A stretch of DNA of 62,984 bases, filler included, from Pelomyxa schiedti (GCA_020536535.1; 5 parts of 5 records of this genome joined end to end with filler, not necessarily neighbours in it); one strand, 5' to 3'; numbered from the whole stretch's first letter, positions 48,900-61,950 are shown. The notes: generated from the sequence alone by a model not told the origin. Numbers and translations are program-made.

Positions 48900-50190
48900 C
48901 CAAGCATCTGCACAAGCTCTGGACACTGCAATGTGCAAGTCAGATCAAAATCCCTTACAGCAATTGCACATACCTGGAAAAGCAAATGCGCAGCTCAGCA
49001 GCAATGCTGCAATGTGGACACTGTTCAATGCAGCTGAGAGCAGCAAGCACATCATTGTAAACGCCAAGGCAATGGCATCTAATGGCATCAGATGCTGATA
49101 CAAAGGGTAGGAGCAAACCTGATTCAGCAAAACGCAACAACAGCAATACTTCTGCAAGGCTTTGCACATCATTTCGAGGCTTCTGCAATGGAATTAGCCA
49201 TCTGGAAGACAATAGGAAGGCATACCTGGATGCAGAAACAACCTGCAAGCAAGTCTAAGCTCAAAAAGTTCACTGCAAAATCGGGAACTCACTGGCAATG
49301 CTGCATTTCAGCCCTGCAAGGCAACAAGGCATCTTTGGCAGCAATTGTTTCCTTCAGTGGGTGGGAAACTGCACCAAAAGAGAACAAAGAGGCACAAAGT
49401 ATTTTATTCATCTTGGAATGGATGGATACATTTGGGTGTATGTTATTTGTGTTGAGGTTTTTTGTATATTTGTATTGGGACTCTTGGTATTTTTTGTATA
49501 GAAATGAGGTGACTTGGTGTGCATTTATAAAGGATTCCAAAGTCAAGGGAAAGGTCTTGGGTATCTCGATGATCTTTCTGTGAACTTGGTAAGTGATGAC
49601 TCAGCCTGTGTGCTTTTGTGTGTAACAAGAAAATTCGATAATGATAATGTTTTGGTTATCCTCGTGTAGTGTTGGTGTGTTCTTATTGCTTTTTACTTTG
49701 TGTGTGTTGTCAGGTGGATTTGAGCCTGGCTTAAAAGGACACACTTGTTCTAGAAGGTTCCAACAGCCACATGGTCCAGGTATTGGGGGGACCACTTTTC
49801 AATGCAGCCGAGCCAACAGCTTGAGGATTATCAATGGCAGCTGCTTGCGCTAGCCCCGCCATGTGATATTTACTCTCGGCCTCCATTTCCAGTAACCATC
49901 ACGAATCTGCAAGTCAAGATCAGATCTCTCACCCCCGAGATGATCAGATTCCTCCGACTCAGTGAGTTCGTGTACTTTATGGAAGTACACAAGCCTCCAA
50001 GTCTCCAGTCTCGAGTCTTGTGAGTGCGCCTTGTGCACAGTTTGCCTGTGTGTTCGCAGAATCACACACAATGCAGTCAACCAAGTCCACAAGCTCATTC
50101 CATCATTTCTGAACAAGTTAAGAGACAGAGATCCCACAACACTGGCATACCAAATTCAAATCCACATTGTACTCCAAGGTCTGTGATGCT
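48900..50190 (+). mobile_element. Degenerate hAT-like transposase remnant
   Basis: KLKKFTAKSGTHW...EAQSILFILEWMDTF resembles the hAT TRW region, and a C-terminal block resembles the dimerisation domain. Many stops. Confidence 0.35.
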
Positions 50191-50514
50191 CATAGCCAGA
50201 ATGTGCTATTGCATGTTAATTCCGAATTAACATAAATTCAAAAAAAAAAAATGCACCAAAGGTACATTGGCACACTCAAGGAGTACACAACCACACCACT
50301 TGCATCACAGAACAACAAACACCAAACGCCAAATATCGCACTTTGACATTCCAGACTCACCATCCACTTCATCATCTCTGAAAAGGCAAAAACAAATTGA
50401 GGTGATCAGAGGTCTGAGTGGTGATAAGTGGTTTGCACCTAGCTGTTATTCCTCACTGCAAAAGGCCTGGTCTTGCTTATTTGTCCCAGACACCCCATGG
50501 GGTTATTTGATCCC

Positions 50515-51237
50515 CAACCCTCCTCCGGGGATAAAACCAATTTTTATTCCCGCTTGTAGAGTTTCCGGCGCGTTTAGGCAACGGAGTTAATGAGTTTAAG
50601 GAACGTTTAAGGAACGGAGTTAAAAAGTTTAAGGAAAGGAAATGTTGCGGAGTGTCTTTATAAGCGAAGCCAAAAAAACCATTTTCATCAAAAAAACCGG
50701 GGGCAAGGGCGCGACTATGCCGGTGGTGGCACTGGTGTACGATGGTTAGGCCATCTTGCGAGAAATTCTATGGGAAAGTTGTGGACTCGTATCGTGTGCT
50801 TCTATGTGGTTTGAGCTTTTTTTTTTCCCCCATGCACTTTATTTAAGGTTGACCCTTAATCAAAAATACAAACAAAAACCCTGGCAAGAAAATGCCATGG
50901 CAAGCTCCTCGAGGACCCGCAAATCCAGTGGACTCCCTAAGAAATGTGGAGAGTGTAGTCGGTTTGCTCATGTAAGGACCAACCACACAGAAACATTACA
51001 TTACATAGGTACTTCGATGATTATATATCTAACATGTATGTATTCCTACCTCTACCTATGATTTATTGAGCCTATTATTGTAACAGAACAAAACTTGAGG
51101 GTGCTCTTTTGGAAAATATGGCTAAGAAAGGACATTCTACAAATAATATCAAAGCTGCACCCTGACTCACCCTCTGGCTCCAGCTCTGTCTCGGCCTCCG
51201 GCTCCGGCTCCAACTCCAGCTATGTCTTGGGCTCCAA

Positions 51238-51316
<79 letters not shown>

Positions 51317-52437
51317 TACGGCTACTGCTACTGCTCCAACTCTGGCTCTATCTCATCCAGCTCTGTCTCAGGCTCCGACTCCAACGCTGACTCCGTAGCC
51401 CTACAGCCTTCTCTGGGTTGTACCCCTCCAACTTCTTACCCTGCAATCCACCTCGTTACGACCCTCCATGGAGTTGCAAGGTTGAAACCCCTTCACCACC
51501 TTCACCCCAATACTGCACCCAGCAATATTGACTTGTTTAAAAAAAAAACTTTTTTTTTTTAAATGATAGACTCCCAATACTATGCAGTGCATGTTGTGAT
51601 AGTCGTCGGGTGGTTTGTAAACATAGTATGAGGTCGTCAAGGTCCGCTGGCCTTGCAACTCCATGCGTACCTACAATATGATGAGATTGGGATTGTGGCA
51701 AAAAGAAAACCTGATAGAAGTTCAAGGTGCAGCTGTGTGATGCGGTGTAAAACAGCATCCCAGAATTTCTCACTGAGGAATTGTGGGGGGTTCCATGCTG
51801 TAAAGCAGCCACATGCGGAAATTGAGGAAAGAAAGCCCCTAAAGACTAATTAGTGGGTGTACTCAACCCTATGTAAAATACCTTGGAGATATCACTTGGA
51901 GTCACAGGCATCCCAAGTTGAACAGTTGCAAGTTCCGATAATGCCTTGGGACCCCAAGAGTTTGCCACTGCATGCCTGTAAAAAGGAGCAAACCTTAGAG
52001 GCTTTTGAGCTACAAATTTGTATTTTTTTCGAGTAAGACCAGTGTACATAAAATATTATGTGTACAAACTTGGGTTGGAAGTGGTGGGAGAAGGACTTAC
52101 GTAATTTCTCAATTGCCGCTGCCTGATGCTGGATCACAAGGAAACACGCAACCCACACGTTTTTGAGAACACCTGCACCACAGTAATCCTGGACTCACAC
52201 CGCTAACCATCATACACCAGTGCCACCACCGGCATAGTCGCGCCCTTGCCCCCGGTTTTTTTGATGAAAATGGTTTTTTTGGCTTCGCTTATAAAGACAC
52301 TCCGCAACATTTCCTTTCCTTAAACTTTTTAACTCCGTTCCTTAAACGTTCCTTAAACTCATTAACTCCGTTGCCTAAACGCGCCGGAAACTCTACAAGC
52401 GGGAATAAAAATTGGTTTTATCCCCGGAGGAGGGTTG
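50515..52437. mobile_element. Foldback/MITE-like element, copy 2: 1,923 bp with 235-bp TIRs
   Basis: TIRs 50515-50749 and 52203-52437; left ~950 bp colinear with copy 1; longer (CCGGCT)n tract. Confidence 0.85.
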
Positions 52438-52597
52438 AAGGGCGATATTCGGTTTTTCATTCAACTTGGAAACTATTTTTTTAGGGTTGTTCAAATAATT
52501 TTTTCTGCCCATCTTCAAAAAAAAAAAAAAAATACAAGCAAACAAAGAGGCAAACCCGACACCCAAAAAAAGGACTCCTCCATAACGCAACAACGGA

Positions 52598-54050
52598 ATG
52601 TCTGACTGCTACTTTGTGCTGCTGGGGGACGTTGGGTCTGGAAAATCCACACTGTTTGAGAAGATCACTGACACAACTGGCCGCAGTTCTTCCTCCTCTA
52701 CTTCTTTCTCACGTACTTCAAAGGTGTGCACAATCAATGCCTTATTTTGCTCGTTGTGCAAACACAACAATAACAAAAAAAAATAATAACAAATAATAAC
52801 AAACAATATCAAATAACAACCAAACAACAACAAAAAAAATCCAAATCACAAAAAAAAAGGTTGTACAAATGGCAAAGTACAACGTGGCTGACACCCCTGG
52901 ACTGAAGTCTGGTGCTGAGAGGGTTGACCATGCCATGCACATACTATCATGCCTGGAATACCGCCCAGTGAAGTGCCTCATTGCTGTGTGCTCAATGAAG
53001 GATCGCATTGACGGAGTAATAGACTCTGTGTCAGAGCTGATAGTTCCGTTCTGGTCAGATTTTGCCCAGCACCTTGCATTGATCATCACAAAGCAGGACC
53101 TCCAGCCCCACATCTCCAAAGTTGAAGTGCAGCAACGCATGATCGAACTTGGGATCCCAAACGTGCTGGTGACTCACAAGGCCACACCTCGACAAGAGCT
53201 CCTCCTCTTCCTCGACCAGCTGAAGGCAAGGATTCCAGGCTCTGTGTCATTCAGGGTTGCACCCACCCAACTTTACAGGTACTTCAACTTGGCTGAAGCT
53301 GACTTTGGATACATGGCTGACATGAAGACGTTTGTTGACTTCTTCAAGGACCTTGTGGCAACTGGTGAGAAGCACCTGCTCACACTGCAGGGGAATGCCA
53401 GGAGAGACTTTGCGTTCTCCTTCAAGGCGTTCATGTCTGATCTCATGCCTCAGTTCCAGTCTGAGTTTGCTGGCAAGCATGACGTGAACGCTCCCAAGAC
53501 ACTTCTGTATGCCATGGAACTGCAGAAGAGGTGCCACAGAGAGCTGCTGGCAGTGAGGCGCCTGTGCAGGGAATATGGGCTTGAGAACGACAACTCCACA
53601 TACAAGAGCTGCCCTTACTGTGGCACCGTGTACGTGAAGGTGCAAGGCTGTGATGGCACCACGACATGCGGCAACAGGCCGTCTGTGGCTGATGGTCACA
53701 GCTTCAGCATCTTTGAGTGGACATTTGAAACTGCAAGGGCAACGATATTCAGCTGGTCAAACCCAAGGAACACAAGGGCAGTTGAGTGCTCATCTGCAGT
53801 GAACACAAGCCAGTAGTGGGGCACTGGCAGGAATGCAGAGCTTGTGAAACCTTGTGGAAGGCAAGTAGCCTGGAAGGATATGACTCCTGTTCAGCAGCCC
53901 GCAGACTGGGCCGTTATTGGTGAAGTGGCTGACACCAGGGCTCTCGAGACCCCCCTCGATGCCCAGACTGAAAGGATGTTCAAGTCCGGCACAGTTGCTA
54001 TCCCAAGGACTCTTCCAGGTGTCGAAGTTGAACACAAAGGAAACCTGTGA
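52598..54050 (+). CDS. TRAFAC (MMR_HSR1/AIG1-like) GTPase with C-terminal Cys cluster; in-frame TAG at 53814
   Basis: LLGDVGSGKST (G1), VADTPG (G3), IITKQD (G4); CPYCG...K..GC...T.CG and, after the TAG, PCGRQVAWKDM. One intron (~52703-52860). Confidence 0.85.
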
Positions 54051-54367
54051 AACAAACAAAAAAACTTTCGGTGAAAAATAGTGAGCTGAATCAAAAAAAC
54101 ACCACGTTTCTAAAGTTTAGCTTCTGTTGGTGAATCGGGCGTAACAACAACAACAACGACAACAACAACGACGGGTTCCAGATGGTGGAGATTTGGAACG
54201 GCCAATGGAGTTTTCTCGAAAATATTAAACAATTTCTTTCTTTGCACCCCAGGGCTGTCTCTCCACCGAAGGTCATAAATATACAAATATCGTTGGAAGC
54301 GTGGCTTAGAGTCACTTGGGAGAAAACGATCGGGAGTCACCGCAACCAGTTTTACTGTGGGCACACA

Positions 54368-55620
54368 ATGAGCCAAAGCACTTCCTCTCCAAACAAGAAA
54401 GACCACCCAAACCAGCGTCCCGTCTGGTTACCAAAGGAGTTGCATGACACACTTCAAAAACTTGTGGGGAAAGGACATGTGCTTTCCCCTCAGCAGTGCT
54501 GTATGCAGTTCAACAATCACTCCCCTCTGCATCCAACAACAGTGACTCAACTTGTGACAAGCTGTTGCAAGCAAGGTGCATTCGCTGGTTGCACAACTGG
54601 TAAAGTAATTACTTTGGAGCAACTTCCAAGTAGAAGTGACATACCTAATATCAAGAGACACTGTCAGAGCTTCACTCCTGTGTTCATTGCATACCACTCT
54701 GCTGTGGAGAATACTACAGTGTGCAGAGTGCTGAGTGTCTCTTTCACTCCACACTGCTCAGCTGAAGAACTGGCAGAACATGTTGTCTCCATGTTACACA
54801 GAGTTGATTTGGCCTCTGTACCTCCTACCACATTTATTGCAGATAATTGCTCTGGGATGCAAGGAGAAGTAGGAGGTACCATTGAGTTAGTGAGGAAAAA
54901 GTTGAGCAAAGGATTTCCCAAATCCAAGGAGTTTTAAAGTATATTAATGACCACTGTGCAAGCAACCACTGTACTTTGAGGCAGATAGTCTATGCCATGA
55001 GAGCTTGGTTACAGAATCCTATACTTTGAGTGCAGCTATCTTTCCTTTCTGAGTTTGCTCCTTTTCAGATTTCAATGACAGAGTGGGCGGAAGCACCAGA
55101 TGTTGAGCACAATTTACCAGCATTATTCAAAGCCCATCTTCTCCCTGCACATATGTATTGCTCTGTGTTACCATCCCTGTGTTAAAAGAGTTTTTAGGTG
55201 TACTTTCGGCAAGACCAGTTAAATCAGATGTCTGAGGATTTGTCAACACACTTTCACAAAACTGATAAGTTGTCTCCCTTGGATGATGTGACACTTGGTA
55301 TTGATGTGGCTAAAGCTTTCCTGGGAGCAGAGGTTCAATTGCAATTTTCACCAAGTGGAATGGTCTAAAGAAAGACTTGAGGAGGTATGTGCATGATAGC
55401 AAAGGAGGGAAGCCTGCTATTGCCCCTTACTGCTCCTTGGATAAATTTGGTAGGGAAGTCTGCTTTTCACAACCAATTACTACACAAAAGGTGAAAAGTT
55501 CTTTTAATGAGCTAGACACAATGTTGGTGCCAGGGCCACAAATCAGCACTAGGTTATTGGAGGCCAAAGTGTGCTATAAATTGAATTCCATCAACCCCAT
55601 CAAGAACTCCATTAGTTCTT
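54368..55620 (+). mobile_element. hAT-like transposase pseudogene
   Basis: SAEELAEHVVSMLHRVDL...FIADNCSGMQGEVGG (second catalytic D), HCASNH (CxxH-like), TEW (TRW-like), PITTQKVKSSFNEL...LLEAKVCYKLN (dimerisation-domain-like). Stops and frameshifts present; no TIRs found. Confidence 0.65.
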
Positions 55621-57896
55621 CATCCAAGAATTTTCCCACACAGAAGAGCAATCTTATTGCCCTCTCTAAACACCTCTTAGGAAACACTCAATACTCTATG
55701 GAGGAATTCACAATTGCCAAGAAATATAGTAGTTGAGCCACAGTTACCTTTCTGAACAAATCCCATCACCACTGCTTCCTTACTACAGCCGGATAATTCC
55801 CACTTGGATGATGATGCTTCCTTAGAGCCAGGCAATTCGACGTTGGATGAGGTGGAGTATGGTCCTGATGCAGAAGATCCCTTTTGGCCTCCAGATGAAC
55901 CTCCTATTGTACCACTTGTAACACTGCTCAAAAAGAAGCTTCACAATACTTGACACCTGAAACTCCCTTTATTGAGGCTCCCCAAGTGCCTCTGCCTGTC
56001 CCACAGCCTCAAATGACATCAGCTGTCACACAACCACCTCAAATGACACCAGCTGTCACACAGCCACTTCAAATCACACATGCCTCCCAGGTCCAGCTGC
56101 CCTTACAACTTGCCACAGTTCAGGCCTCTTCCTTAAGCAGTACAGTAATTCTGCATTGGCCGTCCCAAATCAGATTGCTGTGATTTGTGTTGGATGTACC
56201 ACACACCGTCAGTGAACTGGTGTTGGTTTCTGTGGTGTTTAGTACATGGTGCGTTTGTGATGAGAATGAGGCCTTCATTCTCAAAGGGCTCTGCCATTGG
56301 TATGCACTTTGTCTCCTGCTATTTAAGTTTGTTTTATTTCGTTTTCATATTCGTTTTCGTTTTTGTTTTGTTTGGTTTTGTTTTGTTTTTTATTCTTGTT
56401 CCCACATCCACAGGTCCATGAAGATAATGATGATGAGAAGCTGGCACTATGGTAGGTTTCCATTTATCTTCTCTGTTTTTCTTTTTCGACTTCACATTTG
56501 ATAACCAGGTGGTGTTTTAGATGCTAGTTGAGAGGCAGACAGGAGCAGGGAGATCTGAAGGCAGAAGCGGGCACGCACCCAGAAGAATGTGTGTGCAGCC
56601 CATTCGAGCAGTATTCCTCTTCTTCTTTGAGTTACCCAATATACTCAAGATCCTTTCCCGCACTCAACCTGTATGTGAGAGTGCTGGCATCGGAGCCCAC
56701 TGGTATGTTTCTTCTTTTCCTCGTTTCACCTTGTCCTACATGTACCATGGTAAATCACCCTCTCCCTTTTCATCGTCACCCCACTCAAACATAATAGGTA
56801 CCCTCTGACTGACGCCGCCCAGGAGAATGGTGTGCAGCTCTGCTCTGAGTTTTCACTTTCAGTGTCCCCCCTGTATGCCCTCACTTCCACTCCAATCCTA
56901 ATAAGCCCGAGGCACTCCAACCTCAGAATCACGACTTAAACCTCATAAATCGAAACAACAAACAAACAAGCAACCATACGCTGATGTTGTCTTCTTGCTT
57001 GTTTCTGAAGTCTGAGAGTGTATTCGGCTCAGTGCTGGGCAATACTCATCATAAGTTGTTTTCAAGATTATCTGGATTGCACAGGAAACAGTGGTAGTCA
57101 GTGATTCTCAATTTTTTTGCGTCACTTTGGCCTAAACAGGACTTCTAAGAAGAGGGTTCTGTGAATGGCCATAATTAGCAGCAACTTGGCGCCCAATCAT
57201 CAAAAAACCGGGCTCCCTGTGGCGAGGTGTCGCGTATGATCAAGGGGAAGCGCTATTCTATTATTTTTATCTGTTGTTTAGCACCATAGCGACAATTAGT
57301 CACCATTAGTGCTTTAGCTCTTCAAAAGGCACTCGCCACACTCCCTTTCAAGGATTTTTTTTCATGAGATCAACTTGGTGAGGTGGTTTGCTCGGTGCAG
57401 TGCTGCGTGCCTGGCATTCTCGGAGGGCTGCAAGCCCTGCCTCAGGTTTGCTCTGGCTACTACCTCATTGATGATACTGCATGTCCTTTGTCCTGACTCG
57501 GTGTGCTTCAGATGTGTAGTTCTCCAGCAGGAAGAGGTCTTCAGCCTGCATGCCAATAGAGTGCAACTTTTTGAAGATTCGAAGAAGCAAAGGGGAGCTG
57601 GCTTCATTGCAACCAAAGACAGGAGAGAAGTTGCAGACAACAATGGGCTTGTAGCCAGCGTCTACGGCCGCGTGCACGTGAACGTCAACAAAATGCTCAA
57701 AGCTGCAGCTACCTGGCAGGCCCTCCGTGAGGGGGATTATTTAATACGAAAATGACTGCATCCATGGGGCACTTGGGCTTCGTTGTTCTCAACCACATTG
57801 CTGGGTAAACGTCAACCTTTGGTGTGTTGTTTGGCACTACACCATTGAGGAAGTCCACAATCTTAAGCTTGGTGTAGGATCCATCCGACACTCCCC

Positions 57897-59014
57897 ATGA
57901 CACAACAATTCGATTTTGAAGAAAAAAGAGGGAGCCGGCCGACAATCACAGTTTTCGTGAAATCTGTAAAAAAATTTAATTCCCTATCCCCTTGTAACTG
58001 GTCCTCGTACGCAATGCGTTGTGTGGCTTCAATGAAAGTGTGTCCATTGTGTTGTACAAGTCATTGCCAACAATTCACAGGAGCGAGAAGCCGAATCACT
58101 TCCGTTCCTGGGGAGAAAGAGGGTCCGGGAGGTTCATTGAGGTTCACAGAGGAAATCCAAAAAAAAAGATGGACCTCCTGGAAACCGATCCTGCGCCCTG
58201 TGGTTCTTTGGAGGACAAACCACGGCGCAAGTGAGTGAAAATAACCGAAACAAACTTGGTTGACAGGAAAGCGCAGTTTGTTGGTGGAAGCCCACAGAAA
58301 CGTACCAAGCGCTTGTTGTGAAGCATTTTTGTTTTACTGGAGTGCAAAAGGGCAGCCCCTCCCTCATCAGAGAGATGATGAACCGAGTCTGTTAGGCGAA
58401 GACAGGACTTTTTTTCCTCCTTCGACACGGGAGCTCAGAAAACCACCGAATTGTGCTCTGTGACGTGGTGCGTTGTGACCACAGGACCACAAAGAGTTGT
58501 TTGCCACCAAGACCGGTGTTGCCGGAAACACGACAGCTGAAGAGGGAAAAAATAGTTTTTTTTTCGCAATCATCACTATGTCTGCGGCTGTGTGTCGTAA
58601 GCCCACCGAGTGTGTCCCATTTGAATGAATAGTACCAAGTGAGGAGGAGGACCCTCCAGCGAAAGTGCTGCAGACAAGGATTTGGGACTCGGTCCAGCCG
58701 GACAGGCTGGGAGGGTCTAGGATCGGTTTCCAGGAGGTCCATCTTTTTTTTTGGATTTCCTCTGTGAACCTCAATGAACCTCCCGGACCCTCTTTCTCCC
58801 CAGGAACGGAAGTGATTCGGCTTCTCGCTCCTGTGTATTGTTGGCAATGACTTGTACAACACAATGGACACACTTTCGTTGAAGCCACACAACGCATTGC
58901 GTACGAGGACCAGTTACAAGGGGATAGGAAATTAAATTTTTTTACAGATTTCACGAAAACTGTGATTGTCGGCCGGCTCCCTCTTTTTTCTTCAAAATCG
59001 AATTGTTGTGTCAT
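57897..59014. repeat. 296-bp inverted repeat with 526-bp spacer
   Basis: 57897-58192 vs 58719-59014, about 3 mismatches, no TSD seen. Confidence 0.9.
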
Positions 59015-59208
59015 TCCAGAGAAGCGCCTCCCAGATCATCTGGTAGATCCAAAGACGGGGACAGCTGTAACTTCAACCCAAGAAACTCTGTGAGAGCGTT
59101 GCCCAATCAAGAGGCTTGGTTCCTTGGTGGCTGAATTGTGGGTTTCCGGCCTCATCACCGACTCATAAAACACAGAAAAGAGAACGAACAGCAGCCAGCC
59201 ACAACCGC

Positions 59209-59718
59209 ATGGACTTGGGGGGGGCCGAGCGGGGTGCTGCTGCCGCACCGGTTCTATCCTGCGCCCGCGTTGTGCGGGACAACGTGGTGCCGCTGTACCT
59301 TGGCGGGTGGCACAGAGCAGGGGCGTGGGTGGCGCCCCCCCCGACGGCATCGGCAGCGGAGGGACGAGGGGTCAGCGGTGGTGCCTCCTTCTTCTCCTTC
59401 TCCTCCTCCTCCTCCCCCGCCCCTCCTCCATCGCCGTCCATGCTGGAACAAATGTGCGTGGGAGGAGAGGCATATGGTGGTGGTGGTGCCAGCGGGGTGC
59501 AGCGGGGTGCTGTGGGGGCTGTGGGAGCTGTGCTGAGGGAGTACCACATGACGCCGGACGACGCGGACGTGAGGCTGGGCATGTGGTCGTGGAGGGACTT
59601 GCTGTCCCTCGCAGAGGCTCTGTTCCCTCTGTGTGTATGTGCCCCGGGGTTTTGTTTTGTCGGGCGTGTGGGGCGTGCGTGCCTTGGTTATGGGACGGGG
59701 TTTAAAATTATATGGTAA
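59209..59718 (+). CDS. GC-rich 5' exon of a hypothetical protein
   Basis: ATG 59209; low-complexity region then VLREYHMTPDDADVRLGMWSWRDLLSLAEALFP; gap downstream. Confidence 0.45.
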   Translation: MDLGGAERGAAAAPVLSCARVVRDNVVPLYLGGWHRAGAWVAPPPTASAAEGRGVSGGASFFSFSSSSSPAPPPSPSMLEQMCVGGEAYGGGGASGVQRGAVGAVGAVLREYHMTPDDADVRLGMWSWRDLLSLAEALFPLCVCAPGFCFVGRVGRACLGYGTGFKIIW

Positions 59719-60510
59719 TATCATGATATTATTGCGGCTAATGGAATTTTTGTGGGGGGTGAAGGTTTGAATGGCTTGAAGGTTGTTGGAAACTGACCAT
59801 GTGAATTAGGATTCCACTTGTTGCNNNNNNNNNNNNNNNNNNNNNNNNNNNNNNNNNNNNNNNNNNNNTTAATTAATTAANNNNNNNNNNNNNNNNNNNN
59901 NNNNNNNNNNNNNNNNNNNNNNNNATCAGCCCACTGTGCCTCTGGATGTTCTTCAGGAACTCAAACGCAACAAGACAAAACACAGGGGCAAACACGTGAG
60001 GGGGTTCATGGCAGAGTCTGGATTCGTGTTCAATGTGTTTGCCAAAAACCTCACTTCCACTCCTTTCTCTTGTTTCTTGAGAGTATGAGAGTTTAAAACT
60101 AGTTGCTGCACAACAATGCTCCACTTGTCGCTGTCGCTGTCGCTGTCTGAAGAGGACCAAGCAACACAACCCCACAGAAACAAAAAACTGACTCGTGGGC
60201 AGCTGGTCTGGCAGCTTTGTTGCCATCTCCCACAGAAAGCCAGAAAGCACTGTGAACAAGAAAAGAATCTGCTAGCATCTGCTGGGGCAGGTAGCATAAA
60301 TGCCAGCTGCGCCAGAACGTGCTACAAGCGCGAACATGCTAAGAGCGTTTTTTGGGGTAGTCTAATCAGCCTCCAATCTTCCTGATGATTCTGATGAAGA
60401 ACCGCTTCCCAGAGAAAGAACAAATTATTCACCATAAGCCAGAAGAACACCAACGTTCATACACAACCCATTAGTTTCACAAGGATCAACAGCTCAAGGC
60501 ACCATAACCA

Positions 60511-61487
60511 TTGAACGTCTGTACTATGGCAGCAACGATGATGGCTGTCAATGACTTTGTGATCGAGACAGTGAGAATGTGTGCCAATGGCAACTTCAAG
60601 GAGGCCATTCCAAGGTGCAACGAAATGCTACTGACAGAGGTGCCAACAACAACAGCAAACACCAACACTCATCAACCAGATGAAAGCACCCAGGTTTGTG
60701 TCAGGTGGGTGAAAAATGGAACACAAGGATGAAAGATAAAAGAAATCATTGTGTGTCACTGGGGTGGCTTGGGGGAGAGCCAGTTGTGATGACTGCTGTG
60801 TACTTTAGCAAGTACACGAGCTTTAGCTCTCTGGACACTCTGCGGACTCTGTACGAATCTCGACTCTCGAGATCCAATGCGGGCTTGATGGAATTACTGG
60901 AATAAGGCAGCAACGATCTTATGAGACACAGAATGCACTAATGCGGACTGCAGCGGTGATTGATTCTGAGGCAATCTTGACTGAGAATTGGACAACAGCG
61001 TGGCTTCGAAGCTAACCGCACCTAACCGCACCAAAATTAATTATCCTTTGAACACGTGCAACCCAAGCACGAGAACAAGCAAGAGAACCTTTACACTCTT
61101 ACTCTCTTTCATTCTTTTCCCTCTGTGGGGCTTTATTCTCTTCCCACAGAAGCTAACACGGCTGGGAATTACCTCTTGGGTGTGATATACTCCCTTGGTG
61201 TTGGTGTGGACAAGGACACAACACTTGCAGCAGAATACTTCAGGAAAGGTGTGTCACAGGGCAGCGTTCTGTCAATGAGGAACCTGGCACTGTGTTACCT
61301 CAAGGGAAATGGAGTTCCAAAGAACGAGATTGAGGCATTCAGGCTGTTCAAGATGGGTGCCAGCATGAACTCAGCACCATGTCAGACTGAGGTGGCCACC
61401 TGCCTGGAAACTGGCGAAGGTGTTGGGCAGGACATCACAGAGGCTGTGAGAATGTACTCCGTTGCAGCACAGCAGGTGTTCTGTTAG
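60511..61487 (+). CDS. Sel1-repeat protein, partial
   Basis: YLLGVIYSLGVGVDKDTTLAAEYFRK; RNLALCYLKGNGVPKNEIEAFRLFK; CLETGEGVGQDITEAVRMY. Confidence 0.8.
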
Positions 61488-61775
61488 CTTCTGTGGGCTC
61501 GAGAATAAGTCCCACAGAGGAAGAAAACGAGTGAGAGTGAAGAGAATAAAGAGTGTTCTCTTGTTTGTTTGGTCGTTGTTGTTGTAAGGGGGTAAAAAGG
61601 GAGTGTGTAAAATCTCGCAGAGCGGTTGTGCGATTGGGTTAAAAGGCTGCGATGTTCAAATGGATTCTCGGACAANNNNNNNNNNNNNNNNNNNNNNNNN
61701 NNNNNNNNNNNNNNNNNNNTTAATTAATTAANNNNNNNNNNNNNNNNNNNNNNNNNNNNNNNNNNNNNNNNNNNN

Positions 61776-61950
61776 TAGTAGTAGTTGTCGTAGTTACAGT
61801 AACAGTAGGTGCAGTAGAAGTAGGAGAAGAGCCGCCAGGGGCAGTTTTGGCCAAAACGTCGTCGCTTTTTGGTGATGTTGGTGGGGCCACAGGCGTCCCG
61901 GAAGGTGTCGCGTCGGCCGGTCGTGTGAACCACTGGTATAGAAAAGACAT
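61776..61950 (-). CDS. 5' exon of a hypothetical T/P-rich protein
   Basis: MSFLYQWFTRPADATP... runs into the gap. Confidence 0.35.

Noticed and set aside
51470-52200. Transposase in the foldback element interior
   Set aside because: Only faint piggyBac-like snippets in mixed frames and strands; no catalytic motif could be assigned.
53814-53816. TAA/TAG reassignment to Gln
   Set aside because: DCAF7 ends in TAG and other genes use TAA/TAG as stops; long exons lack internal TAR codons.
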